This document shows, piece by piece, positions 1 through 12,457 of a stretch of 64,000 nt of DNA. The translations under genes and the position numbers were made by a program. The notes beneath the pieces are model-generated. The model had not been told where the DNA came from and did not search any database. It was given only the letters and a program-made list of their open reading frames with translations. This DNA is from Phoronis australis (Eukaryota; Animalia; Phoronida): NCBI GenBank assembly GCA_002633005.1, contig NMRA01000004.1, forward strand, positions 1,901,935-1,965,934, given 5' to 3'. The first letter of the stretch is position 1, and the number at the start of each line of letters is the position of its first letter.

Positions 1-763
1 TTGGTGATGCTGAGCTCCCTCGAGGTAAATGTTTTTGCTGTAATTAAGCATAAAGCAATTTAATGGCTGCGGTGCAAAATAGCTGAGAAACTTCAGGGAG
101 TAAAAATAGAGATTCTTGTATTGCAGATTTGAGTAGGCTAGTCTATTGAAAGATTGAAAATCTGAGAACAAATGTTTTGATTCTTTAGGTAACTCTTATT
201 TTAATGTCATCAGCTTGATGTGTGTGTGGGCGTGAAAATATCATGTTGTCCACCCAACCTACCTAAGCTGGCTACATGGGATGGTGTATCACAATGGAAT
301 ATTGTATTATATTAAAGAGGGTGCATACTGAACTGATGGATGTGGCGCCTGGGATGCAATTTTGATCACTTGTAAGAAAATTTCTTATTAAACTAAAAAA
401 GTACGTAAATCATTGACTGCTTATCTCAGGAAAAATGTTTCAAAACAAAAGCCAAGTTATCTGTGATGCATAATTTTTCAAAAATAAAGCAACCAAATGG
501 TTGTAACAGTTTTAGGCCTGATGGGTTAATTAAAATTGCAAATCATCAAATGATGCCTAAGATTCCATTATTCACTTTACCATTCATGTGCTCAAAATGT
601 TAGTGTGTCAAACCTTGACATCGAAATTGACCAATCGTGTTACAAATGTCCAAGTTAGCTCAATTTTTCCGAGATATGATTGGTGAAATTTCGAGTCAAC
701 ACTCGAGTATTATTTGTTAAGTCTTGGACTTAAGTCACGTTACCAAACTCACACGGCACTTAC

Positions 764-980
764 CTTCATCTTCTGTACTTCCTGTCGTGCCTTAAATCCT
801 TTGAAGCCCGCTTGTATTTTAATGGCGGCCTGTTCCACATCGGGGTCTGTCAGGTCTATATCGACTTCCTCCTCTGCGTCACCACTCACAGCGGCAAGTG
901 CGGAATCTGTTGGACGCATGCCTCTGGCCGCTATCCTTGCCTCTCTGACGGCCACGCGTCTGTTGTACTCATCCGGATCT
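764..980 (-). CDS. SPA17: Sp17-like protein, IQ-motif exon (gene continues left of the window)
   Basis: Acceptor ttttgtctcgtcag|A at 980 and donor AAG|gtaagt at 764. Phase 2->0. Encodes RDPDEYNRR...EEEVDIDLTDPDVEQAAIKIQAGFKGFKARQEVQKMK, a PEP-19/neurogranin-like acidic-IQ motif. Confidence 0.88.
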
Positions 981-1374
981 CTGACGAGACAAAAGCTGAT
1001 TGTCAGATTCACGGTCACGTGGTAAAACAGAGCAGGCAGCTCATTAAAACTTGGCTGCTGTGTGCCCAGCATGACATCTGGTATACCGTATATCTAACAT
1101 ATTTTGCACAACACAGTATGGTAACGTGTACTACAAGGATTAAATATCAGAACACTGGTCGTTTTCTAAAATGCTTATATGACAAAATAATGAAGAGATG
1201 TACAATTAAGTAAACCCAGAAAGATTGAGCCGAGAAGTGTAATATGGATAGGGTTCATATCGTATTCTTGATTTCCTAAATGTATTAATTCCCACTCAGA
1301 TTCCTTTCAGTTGAAACTAAATTTCTGCTAAAATGGTAACCAAATCGCCATGACATACCACACTGCAGGAGTAG

Positions 1375-2383
1375 CTCTTCCCCTGTCCTAATTTACAAAG
1401 CCCTAGAATAAAATTTCACCTGGAAAACTCTCATCCTGAGATCCTTATGTCCAGCTATCCCCAAACCTTCATCTCCCCTGCAAGACCTTTGACCTCAGTG
1501 ATGAAAACCTCATCCATTGTTGTGTGAACATGCCATTTAAGCTAGATTGCATCATCACAACTGGTTTTATCATTCTTTCAGGCCCAGCTTCTATTGTGAG
1601 TCAGTGATGAAGTGTTATAAACAGAATATATGCCATGCTAAGAACTCCTCTTCGATGAACAGCTCAAGACTTGGGATTTTGTTATCACCATTACTTTACT
1701 TCACCATTGAAAATTCAAAAACTCCTCCACGCATCAATTTGCATGTACCAAAAAGAAAATGGATTTCAAACCTTCTATTTAGATATGATCTGGTCGGTCT
1801 GACCATGTGACACTGGAGAAATCCAAAAGAATTCTCTAAATCGGATCCTTAGCTTGTTTACAACAAGGAAACGTTTACAGCACGCAATACAAAAACAATC
1901 ATCTCATCATCAGAACTCCAGACTCCCTCTCAATCCTTCCAGCCATATCCACAAACCTTCATCTCATCCCCAGGACTTCATTACTATCCTTCAAACTACT
2001 ACCCACAATAAATCTTCATCCCATCTCCAGGACTCTCTGTTCTTCAAACCCTACCCCCAACCACTCCTCACCTCATCACCACCATCTTCCTAGCTCCTAT
2101 CCAAGCATACATCATCTCTCCATGACTCATACTGTCATTCACAAACCTACAGTGTATCCCCATTAAACCGTCATTTCATTTCCAGCACCCGCCATATCCC
2201 CAAACACCTAATGTTCAATTCACCCGGCACCCAGTCCTTCAAACCCCTAAATCTGACCCTATACATCATCTTCAAGACTTATCTCCCTGTCCTTCAGAAG
2301 CCCCTAGCTGTCAACAAGCCTTCGCATCTCCTCCAAGACTTGCTCCTGAACCTTCAAGCCCCACCCCAATTCAAAAGCCTCAC
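1375..2383. repeat. Degenerate intronic tandem array derived from the 3' end and donor of the 2384-2562 exon
   Basis: Decayed copies of cctcacctcatttccagcacccgctccctgtccttgaagcccct recur at about 2283-2310, 2221-2250, 2170-2192, 2028-2080, 1950-1980 and 1377-1490. Confidence 0.6.
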
Positions 2384-2562
2384 CTCATTTCCAGCACCCG
2401 CTCCCTGTCCTTGAAGCCCCTATAGCCGGCTTGTATCCTGACTGCGGCCTGCTCCTCCCTCAACCCTTCCACCAGTTGCTTGGCTTGGTGCTGCCTATAC
2501 TTGGTCTGGATCGCCTTGGCTGCATCCTGTTGCTGGGGGTCGGCAGGATCAACGTCGGGTTC
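2384..2562 (-). CDS. SPA17: Sp17-like protein, exon with two IQ motifs
   Basis: Acceptor ccatttgcctag|GAA at 2562 and donor AG|gtgagg at 2384. 179 nt, phase 0->2. Encodes EPDVDPADPQQQDAAKAIQTKYRQHQAKQLVEGLREEQAAVRIQAGYRGFKDRERVLEM(R). Confidence 0.88.
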
Positions 2563-3158
2563 CTAGGCAAATGGAGACCACGTAAATAGACAATTCCAGC
2601 TCCATTCATTAGATGGTTTTTATCCAATGAGACCTCAGGTTTTGCTTGGTAACAAGGTAAAAATCCCTAATCGCCACGCACATCACAATTAAAATACTAG
2701 AGAAAGTAAAGAGATATGACATATTCCTAATTTGTCAAAAAATGCCGCGCTGATGAACTCGGGCAGCTGTGTTTACTAGTTCTTCAATTCAGACTCATTC
2801 TGGTTTTTCATTTTTGACCAATGCAAAATATGTGTCATTTGTAGGGGCCAGCACTTCTCCCCTCATACAAGGTTTCCTTGTTTTGGTAAGATCATTTTCA
2901 GTTTGGCATCCTGGGAATTTTGCCAGGTCGCATTTAGTGAGTTGACATTTTGCTAAGCGCCAAGCTCCGTTTTATATGTTTCAATTATGAGACGCTCATT
3001 TTGCAAACAAAATTTTGAGCTAGCCTGAGCAACAACATACATGCATCCCACTCTCAGTGCTCTTAATTTTTAGAGTTAAGCATGTCAACTGCCTTATTGC
3101 ACACCCAGCATCAGAAAGCCATAAACCATTGGTTTAAGGCGGTGTTCACCTTATAACT

Positions 3159-3686
3159 AAGTTTCTCTCACACTAACTTAACTCTGGTATGATTGGAGTG
3201 TCGATGTAAACATTGAAGTTAATTGAACCATTCATACCAGCTTCGGTACTTATAATGACATCAAAGTAAAGGGTAGGTGATGCTGTCGTGATCTAAGCAA
3301 TTACAAGGTAGCGCATTGATGCAACCCATGGGTGCTAAGATTTTTGTAATGTGACGTTAAGAATATTGACTTGTGTTAATTAACGTAAAACTTATCTCCA
3401 ATTCAATTAGTGATTATTCAAGCAAAATATTAGCAAATGTTAGCGACAATCCTGTCCTTTAATTATTGACGATAGCAGTACATGGACCCTCACAATAACT
3501 TCAATGATACTGAAGTTGACTGTTCATACCGCACTGTAACGTTGACGCTCCGCTGTTAAATCCACCTGTTTACCGCAAAGTTTAACTGGGGCTATTAAGT
3601 TTGATCCATGTCCGAAGTTAACCGTTTATACTGACTGCAACTCCCCAAATGCCCAGCACCGAGGTTACCGGTAGTATGAAAGGGCC
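3159..3686. mobile_element. Older, degenerate copy of the MITE at 8985-9490
   Basis: Collinear similarity to 8985-9490 (cttaactctggt, ttcataccagcttcggta, gtaaagggtaggtga, caaggtagcgc, ttaaatccacct, ctgcaactcc, gtagtatgaaagggcc). The left TIR is eroded. Confidence 0.75.
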
Positions 3687-6429
3687 GGCTTATAACATGA
3701 TTACGAGTTGTGCCAAATTGAATGTTGGCCAATGTTTTAGGATGGGCCATTCAGCACAATACACAAACTCAATTAAGGTACAGACAGATTTAGTTAATAA
3801 GTAAAATTCTACATATTGCCTTAGGGAATCCAGTGCTGTTGAATTTTTGTCCACAAGCCTTGGTAGTTGGTAGGAAAATGTGAGGCAACAGTGTCAGCTC
3901 ATTAAGTTTCAGTTTGGCAGATGTTATCTTCAGCAAAAGTTGGAGGCAGACTTACACTTAATCTCATTACTTGCAAAGGGTAAAGGAATATATACAGACT
4001 CTGAGAGCAAGGTTCAAGTCCACTGGTTGAAAAAGAAATTCTTGAATATTGTAACATAAAATTTTCAGTGCATTTCCAGACTGGATAATGCGTATTGCGT
4101 GTATCAAATACATATGGCTGTAATGTCATGGTTGTGAATACGATAAACAGCCATTAAAAACGTGATTGTAACATGATTTTAACTTAGCATAAGCTAAAGG
4201 GGGAATGGTTTTGGTAAGTTCATAACTTGTAGGCTTTGAAACAAGAAATGCTAGGGTAGCAGAGTTTTGAACCGCAGTGGAAAACTTTCTGGAACTTCTT
4301 GATTTTGCCCCGAGTTTCAAAAGTTTCCCAAAAATTTGCTGGTGAGTCACCAAAAATTTGCGCGTGAGATTATAAGTAAAGTTCTAACCTTAAGAAAAAA
4401 AAGAAGCGAAATAGCTATTTATGCTGCCTGGAACCTACAATACCAGCGCACTTTGAAAATAACATTCCCAGAGGTTACTTCCATCAGCGCGGGTAGAACA
4501 GTAATCATATTGTAAAAATATGTGAGCTATAGTTATCGCAATCCCTGGGGTTTAGCCAGCAAAGTCACACTGGAAGCAATGGATATTTTGTCAATTACTG
4601 CACAGCAAAAAATCAATTTGGTGAGAAGTCTTGGGTAGAGGATTAGACGATAGGACTTGAGGCTACCATTAAATAAAGGGAAAGCTAACAACAGCAATAG
4701 GCCTTCGTTACAGACAATAGCGGTGCAAGTCTCAATGTTCAAAGCGGCGTAAATAATTAATTCAAGAAGCCAATTGAGAATGGTTGGAGTGTAACACGGA
4801 CTGTGCTAGGATCAATGCCATGGGTCATTGATTCATATGTGACGGCAGCAATTAGTCACCTATTATTGCAACCGGAAAAAGTGAATAATTCATAGTAATC
4901 CTGTGTGATACAGGAGAAAGTTTAACAATAAATACGAAATCACTGAGTCAAAAATTAATTTGTAACTTGATCAATACAATGGACAGTTTGAATACGAAGA
5001 TTGTTTAAAGTAAACAAAAATGTCAAACTAAGTAATGGTGGATTGAATGAACACTAATTAAAGAGAAATAGGGGACCAGTTACTGTGGAAACATTTTTCT
5101 GTTACTTTAACATTAAAAGTAATGTAATCAGTACTCAATAGTTACAAATTTCTCCGTTTAGGAGAAAAATGGCGACTAAATGAAATTTCATTGTCAAGCT
5201 CCTGAACAACCATAACTTTTCAGGAAAACTGATGCGATTTAAATGGTGAAGAAATCACCGCACAGTATTTTGAATTTGAGTATTTGCAGCGATGTATTGA
5301 TTCTCTGAAAATAGAAGAAATTTCTTTTTTCTTAAATTGAAGAATTTTTAGTGTAATCATTTGTGTATCCAAAACATACACTGGGTTTTAGCATAAATAT
5401 ATCGCTTATTAGATAAATCAGGTGTTATTGATGAATGATGCTGATAACAAAATTAACACCCCTTGACAACAATAAATTAGGACAAGTAAAACCTGCTAAA
5501 ATAAAAATGAAATTGTAATAAATCAAACTAGCGGAGTCAAACCTTTGAGGCAGAAGCATTCCGCAATCTCTATTCCGACCACAGTATAACTGTGAAAACA
5601 GAAATTCCAACTTGACTATTCCTAAACGCCACAGTAAAAATCATCCATTTTCTATCCCTTAACTTCATAACAATTAGCCCCTGAAGAGATTACAACCCCC
5701 GAGGAAGGGTAAACAAAACTCTCTAACGAATCTGATGACCGGTCAATCAATAAGACACTGAGCCTGGTTCATCTCCTAACCATTGTAACCATGAGTACTT
5801 TCAACAACATGGGTAACCATGTGACTGTAATACACAATTATAAGACTGACATCAACCTTTTAACTGAGGTCCAACATTTGTGCACGGTTCTTATTTCAGA
5901 AATTAGTGACATTGCATAATAACCAATTAAAAATGCATGACAAACCCAATTTGCAATTGTTCCAGCAAGAGGATAATGAGAATCACAACTGAAAAATTAT
6001 TTGCCCTTAATAAAAATTGTAAATTGATGCACGAGTTTCCTGAAAGACAAGAAGGATGCGTTTTTCATTTACGTACTTTTACAAGGTCCAATATTACTTT
6101 TATAAATTTATTTGAATTGTATTATATTCCTGTATTCGGTGCTTGATGTAATCAACTTCATGTCAAAATAACTACGAACTATGATTAAAAAGTAAATACA
6201 ACATGTGTTTCAGATGTTTCAGCATATATTTTAAAATCACACCAATTTCCAATTATCAAAGTTGATCCTCTTGCAGTTGTAAATGCTTTTAATAATGTCA
6301 TGTCCTTAAAAATGATAATAGTAATTATCTTGAGCTGCTGCGCTGGTCTTTCATAAAACAAATTTCACTTGTCCTCCATATTGCGTCATAAACAGAAGAG
6401 ATTCTACATAAAGACAATTGCATACAAAC

Positions 6430-6500
6430 CTTAAAGGCTTTGTTGTTATAGAAACGGTCCTCCATCTGGGCGCCATGTTTTGCTGGGTCGATTCCTTCTT
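6430..6500 (-). CDS. SPA17: Sp17-like protein, conserved 71-nt exon
   Basis: Acceptor tatttttcag|AA and donor AAG|gtttgt. Phase 1->0. Encodes (E)EGIDPAKHGAQMEDRFYNNKAFK, matching the Sp17 motif DPAEWG..VEDRFYNNHAF. Confidence 0.92.
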
Positions 6501-6600
6501 CTGAAAAATAGTACACAAAGATATTCACAAGCATTGGTCACAAACAAGACAGACGTCACAAAACTAATCGAGCGATTAAAGCACCGCGTTTGAAACAGAC

Positions 6601-6682
6601 CTAGAAGATCACGCTTCATTCGGTCAACGAAGTTCTTCACTTTCATAAATTTGTTCTCGAGAAAGTCGGTGAACCGGTCCAT
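6601..6682 (-). CDS. Candidate alternative first coding exon of the Sp17-like gene (27-aa amphipathic N-terminus)
   Basis: Strong start context gtcaacATGG. Encodes MDRFTDFLENKFMKVKNFVDRMKRDLL, then G|gtctgt. Phase 1, joining the 6500 exon in frame over a 100-nt intron. Locally CpG-rich. Confidence 0.5.
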
Positions 6683-8984
6683 GTTGACTTTGTGTACTTA
6701 ACAACGAGTGCCAGTAAGAAGACAATGTAGGCTGACCATCTTGGAATGAGACGCGTTGAATAACTGCACCAGGGTAAAACTGACAGGACAACGAGAGGGT
6801 ATTGGGAAATCAATGGAGCTAAATAATTAATGAATTTGATAGGCTCATATACCATAGATACTCTCCACTGTTTTCATTTATACCAGTGACTTGGAAACAG
6901 TAAGTGTGCAGGGGGGGAAGGTAGGTTGTATGGAAGCACGTTACTATAATTGTAACTTAATGATGAAAGCAGTAGATTGCAAACAGATGGCTTTCATAAT
7001 GATTGGTATTCCATTTTCCTTTGACCACAATAAATTGGATAATTTATTTATGTTCAACTGTGATGCGCCACGAAAACCAAGTTGTGGGCTACACATGACA
7101 AGCATAACACCTCATGTTTTCATGGTTCTCCTGAGGTCACAATAGAGTTGAATAGGGGTTAGTGTTATTTTTGGCTTAATAGACCGCTGTGTCGTTATCA
7201 AAATTGGCCATTTTTTAATGTGAAACTTGATGTAACTGAGAGGAAATTCCATTTCATCACTAACAGGGTTTGTTCAGATATCAAACAACACTCATGATAA
7301 AATTTGTAGAAAAGTTAATTATAGTCAATTCTAAAGTGAAATCTGGCCTTGATTAACAATGTGCTTCCAGATCAACATACTTGTTGAATCATGGTAAAAA
7401 TGTTTACTTGATCTGACAAGTTTCAGTTTCATATTGAAAAATTGTTATTAAATTAAAAAAAAATAATGAAAATGAAAATTTGGCGTACGTAAAGGCTTAT
7501 GCTGTTTTATAAATGCTGTGCTTTGGAGTATGGAAATGGCGAACAATCACTTGTTAAACTGACCTGACCATCAACAACCAGGAAGAGACAAATCCATAAC
7601 TTTTCGACAAAATTCAACGTCATCACTCAAACAGTTCATATGAGTTGTACAGCACAACTGCCATGAAATATACACTAAATGCCTTAAAAACTTCTATGAA
7701 AAATGTCAGAAAAAAATTGGCAATCGGTTGACGAACAGCACAATCAGCTCCATTCAAACAAGATGATCAGTGCTGAAGGAAAGTACTGAGCGAACATAGC
7801 TCAATGATGGGAAAATGTCATAGGATGTCAGGGGACAATTTTCATTCTTCCTAATTAATTAAATAAGTATTGATCAAATATGCTTCAAATCATCTTACTT
7901 AGCAAGAGAAATTTGCTAACTAGGCTGCACAATATCTCTTAAAGCTGGCCGGCATTGATAATGTGAGCTAATGCAAAAGCGCAGAGAAAAAGCGAGCGGT
8001 GGTTGTGAGTTGAAGGAATCTTGTCATCTCTGGATAAGCTTTGTATTACGGTTATGTAGGACCATATTCAGGAGTCTGTGCATTCAGCCTATTACCTTCA
8101 AAACCAAAGAATTTAACACGAGAAAAGTATACATTTTCTGAAGTGGAAACTTATAGAATTTGATTGTCCTTTTCGTAAAATTTGGCAAAAAGTGAAGTAA
8201 TATCATAGCGACCGTTTGAATAGCACATTAGCGTGTTTTCTTAACTAAAGATTTTCTTTACATTTTATACAACTTCTCGGTTTTTATCATAAAAACAAAA
8301 ATTTCCATTTTTGATATCCCTTCATGCAAAAGTAATACAATTTAAAAACACTTTGTAGCAACGTTTAGTAGAGCAGGGAACACGAAGCACAATTTCCAAA
8401 AGTTTCAACCCATTTTTGAAACAAGAAGCTCAAAAGTTAGCTAAATTTGGAACTCTTTCTAAAGCTTTTCGTTAGCTCATTTAAAACACCTAACTCACAT
8501 CTTATGAGAATGAGTATCACATTAGTCACTGTGTTTATGCATGCAGGCTTATAATATTAATGGTAAACCTCCATCATCACCTTATAATTACTATAACTCC
8601 AGTCATACATGGTAACATCGCTTGATCTAATCTGAAAGGATTTCTGTCCAGACCGACCGTGGCTCGAACCTGGTTTTCTTGCAGTCCGAGCCAAGGTAAC
8701 TCAGGCCAGGCTATCAAACCTGTCGTCACAAACAGCAACTTTTTAATTTAAATGACTTAACAACAAGCATTTGGTCTCAAGTTGTTCCTTGGTCTTTTTA
8801 TTCACACAAAATGGTCTCTTAGGAGTGACAAACTCTGTTATTTGCAAGACCAAAAATCATTTCTCATCTAAGGATCAAGCGGAGATTAATTTTAAAGTGG
8901 TGAGGGGTCTAAATCACATTGAACATAACGTACTGCTTTACAACTAATTTCTCATAGTGACACTAGGACGGGAATGACCTTTAA

Positions 8985-9490
8985 AGGCCCTTTCATATTG
9001 ACTTAACTCCGGTCTGAGCGGAGCGTCGACGTAAACAGCGCAGTTAACTGGACCGTTCATACTGGCTTCGGTAGTTAATGACCATCGAAGTAAAGGGTTG
9101 GTGACCCTGACGTCATCGAAGTTATCGCAAGGTAGCGCTGCACGCTAAGATTTTTTTCAATGTGACAATTTGGAACATTTAAATGTGCTAAATGACATAA
9201 AACTCATTTTTAAATCGATTGATTATCATTAAACCCAAAAATAAGTAGTTATTAGTGACGGCACTACTCTGTAACTGTTGATGATAACAGTGACACCTGG
9301 CGATAACTTCGATTGGACCGGAGTTAAGCGTTCATACTGCACCGCAGCGTCGACGCTGCGGTCTTAAATCCACCTATTAACTGCGATGTTAACTGGAGCT
9401 CTTAACTGCGATCCAGGACCGGAGTTAAGCGTTCATACTGACCGCAACTCCTCAAACCATCGACGCGTCGACGTTAGTATGAAAGGCCCT
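8985..9490. mobile_element. Non-autonomous PIF/Harbinger-like (Tourist-type) MITE
   Basis: TIRs AGGCCCTTTCATATTGAC / GTTAGTATGAAAGGCCCT, flanked by TAA on both sides (3-bp TSD). Internal repeat gaccggagttaagcgttcatactg. No ORF. Confidence 0.8.
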
Positions 9491-9562
9491 TAAGAGAACA
9501 AATTTAAATTGAAATTCTATACTTTTTGTATCAATGCACTTTAGGAAGCAAATCAAGCTAAC

Positions 9563-10797
9563 CTTCTAGGTGTCTGCTAGAATCCTCGTCCTCACTGAAT
9601 AAAATTAAATTCTCGCTTTGTTTAACAAGACACCGTGACGGATCAATGTCACTGGATGTTGGTGTATACTCCTTGACAAACGAGGTACAGGAATTTTCTT
9701 TCAGCAGACTCCCCTCCTTAACAGGCACATTTTCAAAAATCACTGGATCAGAAACTTTTGTTTCTGATTCACCAATTCCAATATCTATTAAGCTGCTAGC
9801 TAAAGGAGCATCATTATCATATGAGGCCTTCATATGCCCAATTTTAGCATTCCTCTCTGTCAGTATTCCCATTGTATCCGTTTCGCTTCCAAGCTCCCTC
9901 TCCACATCAGTTCCAGACTCCACGCCAAAGCAACCACCATCGTTTCCCAAGGATTCAATGCCATCAACGGCACAATCAACTAACTGATCACTCAAATCTT
10001 CAGAGTTTCCAACCAGCCGTGGGTTTTCCATTTTAAGTATGCCAACACCAGCAGTATGGACCTGTTCATGAGTACCGCAATTTTCAGTACCATCAGTACC
10101 AGAGCTATCGAAGGGTTCCCCCATTTGGCCGACCTCAGCAACTTTGGCACAAGATTCAGCAGTCGTCCCACAATCACTCTTACCTTGAGTACCAACAGGG
10201 CTGACGACAAGATCGTCATCACATTCCACACTATCATCATCAACAAAAGGCTCATCATACATAGAAGCACCTTGTACGGGACATGCTTGAACGCTGCCAA
10301 GATTCATACTTTGTCTCAGCTCATGTGCTAGGCAAGTGACATTGCGATGTTCATCCTCATCTCTGTTGCATTCGATTCGATGTTCAATGGAGCTGGCACT
10401 GTCCTCTTCAGACAGCGAGTCTAGCTTGGTGTACGGCAGCGCAGGTTTGGTAGTTATATCTCCCAGGCCATTTGAGACGGAGTTAATCTCCTGGTCTTCA
10501 ACAATACTACGCTCTCGCTTCGTGGCCTCAATATTGTAACCATTTAAACTATCCCTGTGGACGGCAGGCAACACCTCTGCAGGACCCTCCGAATGACGAT
10601 TAGACTGACGATAGGTCTCCCGGGATGGTACCACGTCGGGACACCCATTCTGATCTCCGCTGATCTCCCCATGTACGAAAGGTTCACCGCCACGTCTCTC
10701 ATAAACACGTTCCGTAATCGGAGAGTTAGCATTCCTGATTTGAACATCATCCACCGGACTGTCCTGTTCATGACTCAGTGGGCAGCCCATACCAGAG
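9563..10797 (-). CDS. Large acidic, low-complexity exon; probable alternative N-terminal exon of the Sp17-like gene
   Basis: 436-codon open frame inside an intron, same strand as the gene. Pyrimidine-rich acceptor ...tttccaactaccaag|C at 10797, ATG at 10790 (MGCPLS), donor GAAG|gttagc at 9563. Phase 1, in frame with the 6500 exon. Confidence 0.65.
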
Positions 10798-11651
10798 CTT
10801 GGTAGTTGGAAACGATTATGGATGTAGAAAATAATTAGCTGATCACCAACCAGAAGTTGAAGTTTCACGAAAATGAAGACTTTAACACAAAACGAACACG
10901 TGCGTTATAAGACTATAAAATCCTTGTGTAGAACTATGCACATTAACCGAGAGATAAAGGAAATACTCCACGCAACTAATCAGTAGGCATCTCTGAGTGA
11001 CGACAGTCAAAAATTGAAACACCAAAGACAAAAAGGAGATTGAGGGAACAAAGTACCCCTCAATGACTTGCTCGTTATACCTGCTTCACAGGTACCAAAT
11101 TAACACTCCGATATTTCCTATCTGCTCTCAACGCAATGTGATGAACCGGGCCCACTGATTTCATACAAGTCACAACTTAAAACCCTTGAATATATGCTGA
11201 TCTGATAATCCAGTTGGCAGAATCACAGATGGTGCTCTGAGCCAGCGGCCTCCGCAGATCAATGAATCTCCACTGCTGGGGTTCCACAGCAAGAGCAAAC
11301 AACTGCAAATGGCATGAAGATAGGCAGGCAACACTGTCTGATGGTTCATCGCCAGAATGCAGCAAGATGTGGTTAGCTCTTGTCTACAGAGCCAAGGAAC
11401 AGATGATAAATTGACTGATGGCCTGAGGCAGCCTGGAGGTATTTATATTCTGGATATCTCAGCTGAGTGAGTTGGAAACATTACTCACAACATCTCAACA
11501 TGGATTAGGTAATGTGGGGCTATCTTATGCCTAACTTCCTTCACCTCATGACAGACATTGCAAACCCTTACCACTTGGATGGCACTTGATTGGAGGATCT
11601 CTAGTCAAAACATATTGCCAACATGTAGGTTTTAGTACTCCTGTAACTTAC

Positions 11652-11749
11652 CTTGTTGGTGAAGCTTGGGTTTGATTAATGGACCACATGTGTTTTAAAT
11701 CATCATTAGTAGGAATACATTTGATAATGACTGACACAGTGACTGGCAT
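11652..11749 (-). CDS. Candidate upstream exon for the large acidic exon
   Basis: Perfect donor AAG|gtaagt at 11652. ATGs at 11749 and 11689 (MPVTVSVIIKCIPTNDDLKHMWSINQTQASPT) give phase 2, in frame with the 10797 acceptor. Confidence 0.35.
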
Positions 11750-12457
11750 GGAGTAGATTCCACCAAACCCTAAGCCAGGGTTTAAGACAAAATGTCAAAA
11801 AACAAAAGTTATACTTAACATGCAGTGAAATTTTGAAACTGAAAAATAAATTGACCATTTACACTTACAGACGTGCTATTCTCGGAAAGAAATTACAGAA
11901 ACAAGCAGTCTTGTGGATTTGAAGGAAATAGCTCTGTAGTAGAAATAGCTCTGTAGTAGCAGCTTGCCGCTGAGCCAAATCCCATGTTGGGAAATAGTCA
12001 GGAATATTTTAAGCGTATTTAAATGGTAGAGAAACCACTTCAATTTCAGAGAATGTCTGACAGTGAATTCTACTGTAAGAATTGGTGATTTGTAATAAAA
12101 TCATCCAATTAACGGATTTTATTTTCAGCCCTCCAAAGTTAAAACTATCAATAAGGTAATCAAGAGCAATGCGGAGCATTGAAATGAGCCGACGAATGCA
12201 ATTTGCAAATGGTGTGCTTATAGGGTTGTTTATTAGTATCATTAAAATGGCCACTAGATGGCAGAAAAACGGCCAATCCAATCAAAAACAAGAACATGTC
12301 ATTGCTTCTTTAATAGAAAGCTATTCACCAAATTTCATAAAAATCTGTCAAACAACTTCAGAGAATTGCCACTAGGGTACACAGCATTCGTTGGGTCACT
12401 GGATCTGCATGAAAGTCGTCATCTGCTTCATATAATACACTTAGTAAATTTAACAAA

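Noticed and set aside
714-1213. Plus-strand ORFs of 103 and 133 aa
   Set aside because: Antisense shadows of the IQ exon, with no protein-like features.
6643-6855. Hydrophobic 70-aa minus-strand ORF overlapping the 27-aa exon
   Set aside because: Different frame with no compatible splice site. At most a uORF; no support.
9646-10805. Several plus-strand and alternative-frame ORFs
   Set aside because: Shadows of the 436-codon minus-strand frame.
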